From the NCBI RefSeq assembly GCF_006345805.1, contig NC_042999.1, positions 166,408,001 to 166,472,000 of the forward strand: a stretch of DNA of 64,000 nucleotides. The letters are read 5' to 3'. Shown here one piece after another: positions 48,838 through 61,814 of the stretch. The position numbers were made by a program, and so were the translations under genes. The first letter of the stretch is position 1. The number at the start of each line of letters is the position of its first letter. The DNA comes from Octopus sinensis (lineage: Eukaryota). The notes under the pieces were generated by a model. The model worked only from the letters and a program-made list of their open reading frames with translations. It was not told where the DNA came from and did not search any database.

Positions 48838-50958
48838 TATCATCATCATTGTTTAACGTCCGCTTTCCATGCTGGCATGGGTTGAATGATTTAACTGGGG
48901 ACTGGCAAACCAGATGGCTGCACCAGGCTCCAATCTGATCTGGCAGAGTTTCTACAGCTGGATGCCCTTCCTAAAGCCAACCACTTTGAGGGTGTAGTGG
49001 GTGCTTTTAAAGTACCACTGGCATGAGGGCCAGTCTGGCGGTACTGGCAACAGCCACACTCGAAAATGGTATTTTTTAAGTGTCACCTGCACAGGAGTCA
49101 GTCCAACGGCACTGGCAACGACCTTGCTCAAATGTTTTGTTCACGTGCCACCGGCACAAGTGCCAGTGAGGCAACGCTGACAACAATCACGCTCAAATGG
49201 TGCTCTTTACGTGCCAGACACCTGCTCTGGCAGTGATCCCGCTTGGTTGGAACTGTTAGCACTCCACTAGCACAGGTGCCAGTCATCGAATTTGGTTCAA
49301 TTTGGATTTCACTTGCCCCAACAGGTCTTCGCAAGCAGAGTTTAGTGTCCAATGAAGGGAAGTTGGCGTGGGTGCCAGTCGATGAATTTGGTTCAATTTC
49401 GATTTCACTTGCCTCAATAGGTCTTCACAAGCAGAGTTTTGTGTCCAAAGAAGGAAAGGTATGCATAAGTGGGCTGGCTACATCCTTGGTAAAAGCCACG
49501 GGTTATGGTCTCACTTGTCCTGCCAGGTCTTCTCACGCACAGCATATTTCCAAAGGTCTTGGTCACTAGTCATTGCCTCGGTGAGGCCCAATGTTCGAAG
49601 ATCATGCTTCACCAACTCGTCCCAGGTTTTCCTGGGTCTACCTCTTCCACAGGTTTCCTCAACTGCTAGGGATTGGCACTTTTTCATACAGCTATCTACA
49701 TCCATTCTTGCCACATGACCATACCAGCGCAATCGTCTCTCTTGCACACCACAGCTGATGCTTCTTTGTTCCAACTTTTCTCTCAAGGTACTTACACTTT
49801 GTCGAGTGTGTACATTGACATTACGCACCCATTGGAGCATACTGGCTTCATTTCTTGCGATCTTACGCATATCCTCAGCAGTCATGGCCCATGTTTCACT
49901 GCCATGTAGCATGACTGTTCGTACACATGCATCATACAGTCTGCCTTTTACTCTGAGTGAGAGGCCCTTTGTCACCAACAGGGGTAAGAGCTCTCTAAAC
50001 TTTGCCCAGGCTATTCTTACTCTAGCAGTTACACTTTCAGCACACCCACCCCCGCTACTGACTTGGTCACCTAGGTAATGGAAGCTATCAACTATTTCTA
50101 GTTTTTCTTCCTGGAATGTGGCGGAAGTTGTTCTCTGCACATTTTCAGTGTTTATTGTTCCTGAGCATCTGCCACTTACAAAAACTATCTTCCCAATTAG
50201 CCTTCCTTTGATATTGCTGCACCTCTTATGTGTCCATAGCTTACACTGGGTATATCTTATGAAGTTTCTACCTATGCCTTTTCTACAGATCGAGCAGGAC
50301 CATCTACTTGAAGGGATTTGTGGTTTGCCTGCCTGCCTTCCTACTTATTAGGACTTTGGTTTTAGCTAGGTTGACTCTAAGGCCCTTCAATTCTAATCCT
50401 TGTTTCCACACTTGAAATTTCTCTTGTTCACTCAGCAATTAGAGCAAGGTCATCAGCATAGAGGAGCTCCCAGGGGCATCCTGTCTTGAATTCCTTCGTT
50501 ATTGCCTGGAGGACTATGATAAATAGGAGGGGGCTGAGGACTGAACTTGGTGGACCCCTACCTCTACTCTGAATTCTTCACTGTACTCATTGCCAACCCT
50601 CACCTTACTTACAGTGTCCCTGTACATGGCTCACACAGCTCTCACTAACCATTCATCTATCCCTAGTTTCCTCATTGACCACCAGGTAAGGGATCGGGGG
50701 ACCCTGTCAAAGGCTTTCTCCATGTCAACAAAAGCCAGGTACAGGGGCTTATCTTTGGCTAGGTATTTCTCCTGCAGCTGTCTTACCAGGAATATAGCAT
50801 CAGTGGTGCTTTTCCCTGGCACGAACCCAAACTGCATCTCATCTAAACTGACTCTCTCTCTAATCAGTTGGGCTATGACCCTCTCCGTGACCTTCATTAC
50901 TTGATCCAACAACTTGATACCTCTGTAATTATTTGTATCTAAAGCGTCACCTTTACAA
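48838..50958 (-). mobile_element. Longest RTE-clade LINE copy: RT domain, C-terminus and 3'UTR, with frameshifts and stops; inserted into a SINE B 5' half (48688-48835, +)
   Basis: NYRGIKLL, QFGFVPGKSTTDAIF, AFVDMEKAFDRVP, LLYADDL (YADD at 50449-50460), GRGRPRKTW; stop at 49511. Confidence 0.95.
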
Positions 50959-52249
50959 AAAATATGGAACACTTCACAAATTTGCGTGTCACATATGTAC
51001 ATATATATTTGTTTGTATGTATTTGTGTCTCCATGTCTTGATATTGCATATTGAAATTATGAACAATCATCACAGGCATACAAGCAGTGTTGTTTGTTTG
51101 CGGTCTTCCATTAAAAGATGTTTGGCTTTTGTGCTGTTTGTATTTTAATGACTCTGCTTCCATAGTGGTGACACTCGTTTACAACTACTGTGTGATGTTA
51201 ACCCATACACACACACACACACACATATTAGTCTTTACTTGGGAACAGGTGAGGGTTGGGAACAGAAAGAATATCGTCTGACCCATGTGAGCATGAAATT
51301 GCAGATGTTAAAAAATGACATTGATGATGGTATCTTAATATAAACCACCATCATTATCATCATCAAAATTATCATTTTAACATCCACTTTTCCAACCTCA
51401 CATGGATCAGATAATATTTATTGAAGTGGATTTTCTATAGCTGGATGACCTTTCTATCCCTAACTTTCACCTGTTTCCAAGTAAGGTAATATTTTCCCCC
51501 ATTAACAGACATCTTTTCACAGAAGATAGGAGATAAACGACACTGCTTGCATAATGGTGGCACTCGTTTACAACTATCATGTGATGTTAAGGCAAAGAGA
51601 TAGTCTCTTACACATACGTATGCACACGTGCTTTTTTCGGTGTCTGTCTTCCAAATCTACTCACAAGGCTCTGGCTGGCCCAAGGCTATTGTAGAAGACA
51701 CTAGCCCCAGGTGTCACACAGTGGGACTGAATGCAGAATCATGTGGTTGGGAAGCAAACTTCTTACCATTTAGACAGGCTGCCACCTAATAGTCTGAGTA
51801 AATATCCTGTGGCAACCATATATTATTTCTTAGTTTAATAAAGGATCTAATTTTACATAGAGTATAAAATAGTTTACAAGAGAAAGCTACCTCTGATGAA
51901 ACAAGCTTGATGTTTGCTACAAAGAACTAAATTTGCTAATTTCAATGGGATAAACTAAAACAAAGATGTACTGCAGTGTCGGTGATAGGATACAAGTTCA
52001 CTGTTCTCAAATCTAGCTGATGATCATTGCGTCTTTTAGACCAGGGGTTCTCCACCGGGGTCCATATAAAACTTTGTTGTTAAAATCTAGCTCCAGTAAA
52101 TCTATTATACTTCTACAATACATAAAACATTTTAATAATTATTTTTACACAGTTCCTAATAAAATATAATTATAAAAATATAATAGAATTTTTTTAACAT
52201 CAAATGGCTGTGGAAGTTCATCCAAGTAATTTAGGAAGCAAAGGGATCC

Positions 52250-52898
52250 ATATGTAAAAAAGACACGAGATGAAGTGGTGAAGCACAACCTTCAAATGTT
52301 GGGCCTCACAGAGGCAATGACAAGCGACCAAGACATATGGAGATATGCCATGCTTGAGATGACCTGGCAAGCCAAGTGAAATTGTAATCATAGCTGATGC
52401 CAGTGTTGCATAGCTGGCCCATTTAAAAGCACCCTTCAGTCGTTGGGTGATATGGAATGCTTGTGAAGACCTATTGAACCGAGTAAAATCATAGTCATGG
52501 CCACTGCCAGTGCTGCCTGACTGACACCCGTGCTGGTGGCATGTAAAAATTGCCACTTGAGTGTGATCGATTCCAGTGCCACCTGAGTGGTACCCATCCC
52601 AGTGGCGCATAAAAAGCAACATTTTGAGCATGGCCAATGCCAATACCGCCTGACTGGTACATAAAAAGCACTGTTCGAGTGTGGCCAGTGCCAGTGCCAC
52701 CTGACTGGCTTCCACGCTTGTGGCACGTAAAAAGCAACCGCTACACTCTTGGAGTTGTTGGCGTTAGGAAGGGCATCAAGCTGTAGGAGCTTTGCCAAAT
52801 CAGATTGGTGCCTGGTGCAGCCTCTTGGCTTGCCAATTCTCAGTCAAACTGTCCAATCCATACCAGCATGGAAAGAAGATGTTAAACGGCGATGATGA
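52250..52898 (+). mobile_element. RTE-LINE ORF2 end plus 3'UTR
   Basis: LGLTEAMTSDQDIWRYAM; hairpin modules; tail. Confidence 0.85.
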
Positions 52899-53063
52899 TT
52901 TTCAGGTTTTTCTGAAGTTTATCTTCCCACTCCATTTAAAGGTTATTGTATTATTTTCTAAAAAGCATAGTTTGATCATTTTATTGCCTGTGTATTTTTC
53001 TTATGAAAGTAAATAAATTTTTATGTGTATAGTTTTATGTTTTTGCTTTTTTATTGTTTGTAG

Positions 53064-53205
53064 GCAAAATCAGAATGTCTTGAAACACTGAACTTGGGTA
53101 ACAATAACATCACAAATGAAGGAATTCATTATTTAAAAGATGGATTATTAAAGAGCAAATCTCTTATCCGACTTGGTTTGCAAAATACAAAGATTTTATG
53201 CGAAG
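53064..53205 (+). CDS. PPP1R37: PPP1R37 exon 9 (LRR): AKSECLETLNLGNNNITNEGIHYLKDGLLKSKSLIRLGLQNTKILCE(G)
   Basis: tgtag acceptor, G|GTAATT donor; conserved LETLNLG.N.I.NEG. Confidence 0.95.
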
Positions 53206-53489
53206 GTAATTAGCTGATGTGCATTTTGTTGAAATTCTTTATCTAAGATGAATTTGCTCATTAATGCAATTTATGTGAATTAAAAAAATAAAAATAATGC
53301 ATGTGACAATACAGAAATCACAATAATTCTAAGTAGGTCATGTACCTGGGACTATCAATTATATTAAAAAGTAAATTACTTATCTCACTGGTGCAAAGTT
53401 CCATTTTCAACTCATCTGATGATTTTTTTTCTGTATGCAAGATGAAGTTGAAATTGAGATTCATGTTTCCTATTATTGCTAACATAGTA

Positions 53490-53630
53490 TTAGGTTGTCC
53501 CAAAAGTTCGTAAACACTTGCAAAAATTGAATTTTTACTCACCAAGTACTAACAAAAACAACAAAAATTATTCCTCAAAATAAAGACCATTATTTTCCAA
53601 GACTTTCTACGAACTTTTGGGACAACCTTA
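53490..53630. mobile_element. 141-bp Tc1/mariner-type MITE
   Basis: Perfect 21-bp TIR AGGTTGTCCCAAAAGTTCGTA (53492-53512 / 53608-53628), TA on both flanks. Confidence 0.88.
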
Positions 53631-54634
53631 TATTAAAACTAACATAACGATGCATTTGTTTTGCTTTTGTTTTCTCATCTTCTCCACAGAATATTTGATG
53701 CTTTTAGTTGGTCTTCACTTATGTTAGTTTTTCTGGTTAAATTATTTGCACCCTTATGAACAAATCATTTCTTTCTTTAATGCATCTGAGGTCAAGGTAC
53801 TGAGCTAATAGGCTGCTCTCTTGTGATATCTAATTTCATTTAGATAGAATACAACTGAAATGATTCACTTGTAACACTTCTCACCTGTAACTGTTTATAA
53901 ATTATGAAATTAACTTGATTATGTTACCTTAAACTGGCTTGGCTTAATAATTTCCTGTTTTTATGTATGCCTACATGATTGTTTTTCCTTTAAAACTAGG
54001 CTACAAGATTAAATGAAATTGTAAGCCAAGCCCTGATTTAGTTTTCATAAATTTTACTTCATTTAATTAATCTAGAGCTCAGTTAACCTTATCCATTTAA
54101 ATAATTAGTCAAATAATCCAAGGAAAGATAAAAATACAGAATAATTTTTCAATATACCTTCTCATATCATCATCATCATCATCATTTAACGTCCATTTTC
54201 CATACTAGCATGGGTTGGACGATTTGACTGGGGTCTGAGAAGCCAGGAGGCTGCACCAGGCTCCAGTCTGATCTCAACTCAAGAAGTCATCAACTTCAAA
54301 GCTAAAACCTATAACTGATGTTTGTGTCTTATTGTTTAGACAAACACAATTAAAAATTAGCCATAAAATAAATCTGTCTTTGGTTTGGCTAAAGATAATA
54401 GGCTATCTTCAAATAAATATATCTATTTTGGGTATCATTTCTTCAAGAATCAGTGCATTTTAAAATTTTTAACTTAACATAAACCACCTCCAATGTAGTG
54501 TCTATTTTCTGGTAAAGGCCATTACTGCTTGCTTTATCTACTGTTCTCTTGAAGATGTGAAGTAGATAAATATTTAAGGGACAAAATTTGTGTATTAAAC
54601 CCTGCTGTTGGTACTGCTTATGTTCTTAAGACCA

Positions 54635-55537
54635 TACGCAAGGAGATACCCAAAAGAAACTGAAATTTTGCAATATTATTTTATCTACTTTGTTTTACAC
54701 GTTTACACTTTTATCACCTTCAAAGTATTCTCCATTTGAAGCAATGCATCGGTCCAAGTGTGTTTTCCACTATTCAAAGCAGTGCTGGAACTCTTACAAA
54801 ATGATGCCTTTTAATGTCTCTGTCATTTTCTTTTTCACCTCTTCCACATCTACAAATTCCATCCATAGCACCAGCTTTTGTCACCAGTGATGACCTTCAA
54901 AAAAAGGTCCGGATCAACTTCCCACTATTCTTTCAGTTCACAACACATATTCAGTCCTGCCTGCTTTTGATCTTCTGTGAGCAAGTGAGGCACAAGTTTT
55001 GCTGCAACTCTTTCCATTCACAATTCCTTGCTCAAAATTCATTGGCAGGAGCTCCAAGACACACCAGTCATATCAACAATTGTTCATCAATTGTTTGGTG
55101 ATGGTCCTGCAAAATCAGTTCATGGATTTTCATAATGTTTTCATTTGTTCGGGAGGTTGACGGACGCCCTGAACGAGGTTGGTCTTTAAGTGACCATCCC
55201 TAATGCATGAAAACCGCTTGTAAACTTGTGTTTTGTTCATGACAGCATCCTTGTAAGCTGTTTGAAGCATGACAACTGTTTCAACTACCATTTTCCCCAG
55301 CAGAAAACAGAATTTCACCAAAGCATGCTGTTCATCCATTGTAAAGACTGACAAACAGGGGAGAAGCACTGCAAAGCAAAGATGCACCACATGGCAGTAG
55401 GACCTTCACTCAATGACACTGGTCAGCATACTGATGCCTGAAGGTCACATCAAGTGGCTTCTAGTGGCAGAAGCCTGAACTACAATGGGCTTGTTCCACA
55501 GAGAACATTTCCGGTTACTTTTGGGTACCCACTTATA
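54635..55537 (-). mobile_element. Internally deleted mariner element
   Basis: Transposase N-terminus DEQHALVKFCFLLGK..VETVVMLQTAYKDAVMNKTQVY; imperfect TIRs containing TACCCAAAAG at about 54647 and inverted at about 55519. Confidence 0.85.
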
Positions 55538-56006
55538 CACCCTCCTACACACATAATGCTTTAGTTGCTTTAAATTAAGCACCCCATCAGAAAATTAGGG
55601 AGAGTACATCATCATCATCACCTTTTACTGCTCATTTTCCATGCTGGCAGGGTTGAATAGTTTGACAGGATCCAACCAGTTCAAAGACTGCATCATGTTC
55701 CAGTGTCTGCTTTAACAGGGTCTCTATGGCTGGCTGCCCTTCCTAACACCTACTAATTTACTGAGTGCATTGATTGCCTTTTTCTTGTGCGTAATGAAAT
55801 GAATTCCATATATCTGAATTTATTGAACCATCAAGTCCATGATAATATTTAAAAAATGCATATAAAACACTGGAAACATAGAACATCAACTTAATGGTTA
55901 TTAATTTGCTGGCGATTCTTTCGGTTTGCTTTATTACATTAAAAGAACATTATTATCCAACTAAATTGTTGCTTTAATAAAAAATAATCTGTAATTGTGA
56001 TTCTAG

Positions 56007-56173
56007 GTGCTGTTGCTCTGGCTGAATATATTGCTGACAGTTCACGCATATTGCATATTGATCTTTGTAAAAACAACATTCGAACAGCTGGTTTGATGGC
56101 CCTGTCTCTTGCATTAAAAGTCAATCAATCATTAGTGAGACTTGAACTTGACAAAACTACCAAAAAGGAAGTG
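56007..56173 (+). CDS. PPP1R37: PPP1R37 exon 10 (LRR): (G)AVALAEYIADSSRILHIDLCKNNIRTAGLMALSLALKVNQSLVRLELDKTTKKEV
   Basis: ttctag acceptor, GTAAGT donor; nearly identical to recalled GLMALSLALKVNHSLLRLDLD. Confidence 0.95.
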
Positions 56174-56644
56174 GTAAGTGTGCTGTATTATTTATTTATT
56201 TTGTTACTGTTGTGTTTTTTTTTTTATATATTAGAGAAGTAGAAATGATTGAGATAAATTATCTGAGATCAGACAGAATAGTTTAGTGTATCTAACTTAT
56301 CTCATGGTTGTGAGTTCAGTTCCCACTGAACCTATATCCATTACATCCTGACATGATCGATACTTTAATTGTATTCATCATCTCCAATTCCCATGGCAAT
56401 TATTTTCCAGCCTTGTCTGCTTTATCTTTATAGTGTCAAATCATTTCATTATCAATTTGCAGAAGCCTTTTCACAGAAATCTATATCCTATATAAACATG
56501 ACAATTTGTTCATAAGTTAATAGTGGATATATAAAATTCAGAGCTAAGGATCCTATCAATATATTCAACTAAGGTTTTGAAATGCAAGTGAATGCTCATT
56601 GGAGGAAATTGACTAATGGTTCATGAACTATTCCCTTGTGTGTC

Positions 56645-59500
56645 TGAGGACCTTCAAACATTGGGCCTCACAGAGGCAATGACGGGAGACTGGGACCTTT
56701 GGAGATATGCTGTGATTTAGAAGACCCAGCAACTAAAGTGAGATCACAGCCGTACATGTCCAGCCCTGTTAAGAATACCCCTGATGTGTCGGGTGATATG
56801 ATATACTTGAGAAGACCTGTTGAGTCAAGTAAAACCAATATCATATATGGGGCTAGTGCTCCTTGACTGGCTCCGATGCCAATGGTATGTAAAAAGCACC
56901 TGACTGGCTCCTGTGCCTGTGCCAGTGGCACGTAAAAAGCACCAACTGATCGTGGCTGATGCCAGACCCCCTGACTGGCTCTCGTGCCAGTGGCACATAA
57001 AAAGCACCAACTGATCGTGGCTGATGCCAGACCCCCTGACTGGCTCTCGTGCCAGTGGCACATAAAAAGCACCAACTGATCGTGGCTGATGCCAGACCCC
57101 CTGACTGGCTCTCGTGCCAGTGGCACGTAAAAAGCACCAACTGATCGTGGCTGATGCCAGACCCCCTGACTGGCTCTCGTGCCAGTGGCACATAAAAAGC
57201 ACCAACTGATCGTGGCTGATGCCAGACCCCCTGACTGGCTCTCGTGCCAGTGGCACGTAAAAAGCACCAACTGATCGTGGCTGATGCCAGACCCCCTGAC
57301 TGGCTCTCGTGCCAGTGGCACATAAAAAGCACCAACTGATCGTGGCTGATGCCAGACCCCCTGACTGGCTCTCGTGCCAGTGGCACGTAAAAAGCACCAA
57401 CTGATCGTGGCTGATGCCAGACCCCCTGACTGGCTCTCGTGCCAGTGGCACATAAAAAGCACCAACTGATCGTGGCTGATGCCAGACCCCCTGACTGGCT
57501 CTCGTGCCAGTGGCACATAAAAAGCACCAACTGATCGTGGCTGATGCCAGACCCCCTGACTGGCTCTCGTGCCAGTGGCACATAAAAAGCACCAACTGAT
57601 CGTGGCTGATGCCAGACCCCCTGACTGGCTCTCGTGCCAGTGGCACATAAAAAGCACCAACTGATCGTGGCTGATGCCAGACCCCCTGACTGGCTCTCGT
57701 GCCAGTGGCACATAAAAAGCACCAACTGATCGTGGCTGATGCCAGACCCCCTGACTGGCTCTCGTGCCAGTGGCACATAAAAAGCACCAACTGATCGTGG
57801 CTGATGCCAGACCCCCTGACTGCTCTCGTGCCAGTGGCACATAAAAAGCACCAACTGATCGTGGCTGATGCCAGACCCCCTGACTGGCTCTCGTGCCAGT
57901 GGCACATAAAAAGCACCATCTGATCGTGGCTGATGCCAGACCCCCTGACTGGCTCTCGTGCCAGTGGCACATAAAAAGCACCAACTGATCGTGGCTGATG
58001 CCAGACCCCCTGACTGGCTCTCGTGCCAGTGGCACATAAAAAGCACCAACTGATCGTGGCTGATGCCAGACCCCCTGACTGGCTCTCGTGCCAGTGGCAC
58101 ATAAAAAGCACCAACTGATCGTGGCTGATGCCAGACCCCCTGACTGGCTCTCGTGCCAGTGGCACATAAAAAGCACCAACTGATCGTGGCTGATGCCAGA
58201 CCCCCTGACTGGCTCTCGTGCCAGTGGCACATAAAAAGCACCAACTGATCGTGGCTGATGCCAGACCCCCTGACTGGCTCTCGTGCCAGTGGCACATAAA
58301 AAGCACCAACTGATCGTGGCTGATGCCAGACCCCCTGACTGGCTCTCGTGCCAGTGGCACATAAAAAGCACCAACTGATCGTGGCTGATGCCAGACCCCC
58401 TGACTGGCTCTCGTGCCAGTGGCACATAAAAAGCACCAACTGATCGTGGCTGATGCCAGACCCCCTGACTGGCTCTCGTGCCAGTGGCACGTAAAAAGCA
58501 CCAACTGATCGTGGCTGATGCCAGACCCCCTGACTGGCTCTCGTGCCAGTGGCACATAAAAAGCACCAACTGATCGTGGCTGATGCCAGACCCCCTGACT
58601 GGCTCTCGTGCCAGTGGCACGTAAAAAGCACCAACTGATCGTGGCTGATGCCAGACCCCCTGACTGGCTCTCGTGCCAGTGGCACATAAAAAGCACCAAC
58701 TGATCGTGGCTGATGCCAGACCCCCTGACTGGCTCTCGTGCCAGTGGCACATAAAAAGCACCAACTGATCGTGGCTGATGCCAGACCCCCTGACTGGCTC
58801 TCGTGCCAGTGGCACGTAAAAAGCACCAACTGATCGTGGCTGATGCCAGACCCCCTGACTGGCTCTCGTGCCAGTGGCACGTAAAAAGCACCAACTGATC
58901 GTGGCTGATGCCAGACCCCCTGACTGGCTCTCGTGCCAGTGGCACGTAAAAAGCACCAACTGATCGTGGCTGATGCCAGACCCCCTGACTGGCTCTCGTG
59001 CCAGTGGCACATAAAAAGCACCAACTGATCGTGGCTGATGCCAGACCCCCTGACTGGCTCTCGTGCCAGTGGCACATAAAAAGCACCAACTGATCGTGGC
59101 TGATGCCAGACCCCCTGACTGGCTCTCGTGCCAGTGGCACATAAAAAGCACCATCTGATCGTGGCTGATGCCAGACCCCCTGACTGGCTCTCGTGCCAGT
59201 GGCACATAAAAAGCACCAACTGATCGTGGCTGATGCCAGACCCCCTGACTGGCTCTCGTGCCAGTGGCACATAAAAAGCACCATCCAAACATGATCAATG
59301 CCAGGCCCGCCTGACTGGCTCCCGTGCCGGTGACATGTAAAAAGCACCCACTACACTCTTGGAGTGATTGGCATTAAGAAGAGCATCCAGCTGTAGAAAC
59401 TCTGCCGGATTAGATTGGAGCCTGGTGCAGCTGCTGGCTCTCCAGACCTCAGTCAAACCGTCCAACCCATGCCAGCCTAGAAAACGGATGTTAAACGAGG
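56645..59500 (+). mobile_element. RTE-LINE ORF2 end plus 3'UTR with a large VNTR expansion
   Basis: DLQTLGLTEAMTGDWDLWRYAV at the 5' end; standard 3' module and GTTAAACGAGGATG tail after the array. Confidence 0.9.
56921..59285. repeat. Minisatellite, 65-bp unit x36 plus a partial copy
   Basis: GCCAGTGGCAC at 56921 and 59260: distance 2339 = 36x65-1, explained by a single 1-nt deletion near 57822. Confidence 0.98.
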
Positions 59501-59504
59501 ATGT

Positions 59505-59605
59505 AATAGTAGTAGCAGTAGTAGCAGTAGCAGTAGTAGTAGCAGCAGCAGTAGTAGTAGTAGTAGCAGCACCACCACCACCACCACCACACCACCACCA
59601 CCACC
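59505..59605. repeat. Compound (AGT/AGC)n-(ACC)n microsatellite
   Basis: Direct reading; follows the RTE tail. Confidence 0.9.
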
Positions 59606-60724
59606 TAGCTGTTTAGATTATATCAGGCAGACTGGTTAAGAAGATACCACCTGAGACTACAATCGAGTCATTGACAGTTTGGTGCAGTTTCCTCACCTGA
59701 CACTGGCCATCTCATTTTACCTGGGCTGCAGTAAGCCATACAGTGTCTGGTTTACTTCCTAGCAACTTGAGATTCATTGTAAACAAATACAAGCCACTGG
59801 CATTTCTCAGACATACAAAAGAGCGGCTACTGACAAGTCCATAAATGGTCTTTGTTGTTTGTTGTAGACAGACTTAATATCTGCTTGTGGAAAGTTTCCC
59901 TCCAAGGTAGGGTTTTGTTTTGTTTTGGTTTTTTTTGTGGAAGATTAGCAGTTGCCCATAAGTACAAGTCTCTGCAGTCCATGCTAGTGCTGCCAAATGG
60001 GATACAGCTTGGAACCAATGTCATCACAGATGTTGCCATCAGATCTTGGAGAGCCAGAACACAAGGCTTGCCATCCAGAACTTTAACAATATCACCAAGA
60101 CACCACCCTAGATACATTTTTGTCATCCCCAAAAGGATAAAAGACAAAGTTGACCTCAGCTGGATTTGAACTAAAGACACAGAAATCAGAAGAAATACTA
60201 CAAAGCCTCTTTTGTCCAATTCTCTAACAACTCTATCAATTCATTACTTAATTTAGAATCTTTACAACAGTCACTTGTGATAAACTGGTATTTTAACCAA
60301 AAAAGATTGATCTTTCATTTAGTTAATGTATCTAGCTGGGTTTTTGGTCTTTTGTGATTCTTTAAGATCTATACAATTTATCAATTCATCAGCTCTATTA
60401 GCAACACTTACAAAATAACTCAAGTTGGCTTGCTGTTTTAATTTATAAATAATAGTTGTATAAAATGAACTTTGTATATAAACACATTATGTTTTTTCTA
60501 TTCACTAACAATTTACTTAATTATGCCTTTTCTCACTTTTTTTTTTTGTAATTTGACAAAATATTATGGTTACATAATAGTTAAACTAAAACAAACATTA
60601 AATATATTCAATAAAATCAAAGTTGATAAATTATTATTCATATTTCAAATGATATAATTAAGAAGAATCATTGCCTCTAAAATCATAAACTTTTGAATTT
60701 TTACTATTTGCTGTTTATTTGTAG

Positions 60725-61784
60725 GCTGTGAAAGATTATGCTAACCAGCAACAACGTCTTCTATCAGATATCAGCAATTACTTGGAACGTAATCATGAGG
60801 TAGCTGTTAAAAAAGAAAATGAACAACAAAAGAAGGCAGAAGAATTGGTAAAGAAGCAAGAAGCAGAAAAGCTGGCTGTACAACAGAAACGGGAGCTGGA
60901 GAATTTAGAATCGGCTTACTTCCCAACATGCAACAGAATACGAAGACCTACATTGTTGTTTGCAACAGAGCCTTCTCCTCAGAAAACTTTAGATTCCCCT
61001 GCTTTTATTTCAGATGCAGAATTCAGCAATCAAATTAATTCCCCATTAGTTTCTACTGTATCTCCAATGTCCTTTAAAACTATTTCATCTCCACCTGGAG
61101 ATTTCCTTTTAAGTCCTCAATATTGTGAAAATACAAAAGCAAAAAAAATATTTACTGTTACAAAAGTTGGTGATGTGTCACCATCATTTCAGCATTCATC
61201 TCCTACTAGCTTACCAACATCTCCAACCACTTTGGGAATATCTTCTCCCACTTCAGTTGATCAAGTCTTGTTAAATTTTGACCCAAACCATTCCTCAAGA
61301 CAAGTGTACACTAATAAGTTCACTGAAGCATCTGAAATTTGTAAAGAAATTGCTGCTGAAACTATTAGTGGCCTTTTTGGGATAACAGTAAAAGATGCAA
61401 ACAATAAAAATGAGAGCACCAATGGCAAAAACAAAAGTTTTCAAATATTAAGTCCATCTGAAAAATTATTATCACCAAATGTAAAAACTGCAGAGAATTC
61501 CTTGTGTGAAAATAGAACTGAAACCTGTACTGATTTAACACAAATTAGTAATAATAATAATGATTCAAATACCAATGTCTCAAATATTAATAACAAAAAA
61601 GACTATCTAGGTAATGATAACAATGACAATAGTGACACAAATACTTGGCAAAACAAAACAGATGCAAACGAAACAGTTGATCCTTCTGAGTGTGCTGCGA
61701 CCAATGACACGTTATCAGTTATTAACAACTGTGATAGCAGGAATTCTTCTTCAAACGATGAGGATGATAAAACTCCAGAAATCA
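60725..61784 (+). CDS. PPP1R37: PPP1R37 exon 11: charged/coiled-coil segment followed by long Ser/Pro/Asn-rich disordered tail
   Basis: tgtag acceptor in phase 0 (AVKDYANQQQRLLSDI...), 1060-nt open frame, probable donor ATCA|GTAAGT at 61785. The 3' boundary is less certain than the 5' boundary. Confidence 0.85.
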
Positions 61785-61814
61785 GTAAGTTGAATATTCC
61801 TTTTTTCATTTTAT

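Noticed and set aside
56921-59285. CRISPR-like array (repeat with palindrome)
   Set aside because: No unique spacers, no cas genes, eukaryotic intron; the whole unit is repeated. The same applies to 21887-22312.
56668-59347. Three overlapping 811-876 aa minus-strand ORFs
   Set aside because: Artefact of a 65-bp unit lacking TTA/CTA/TCA on the + strand; all three frames give the same 65-aa cycle.
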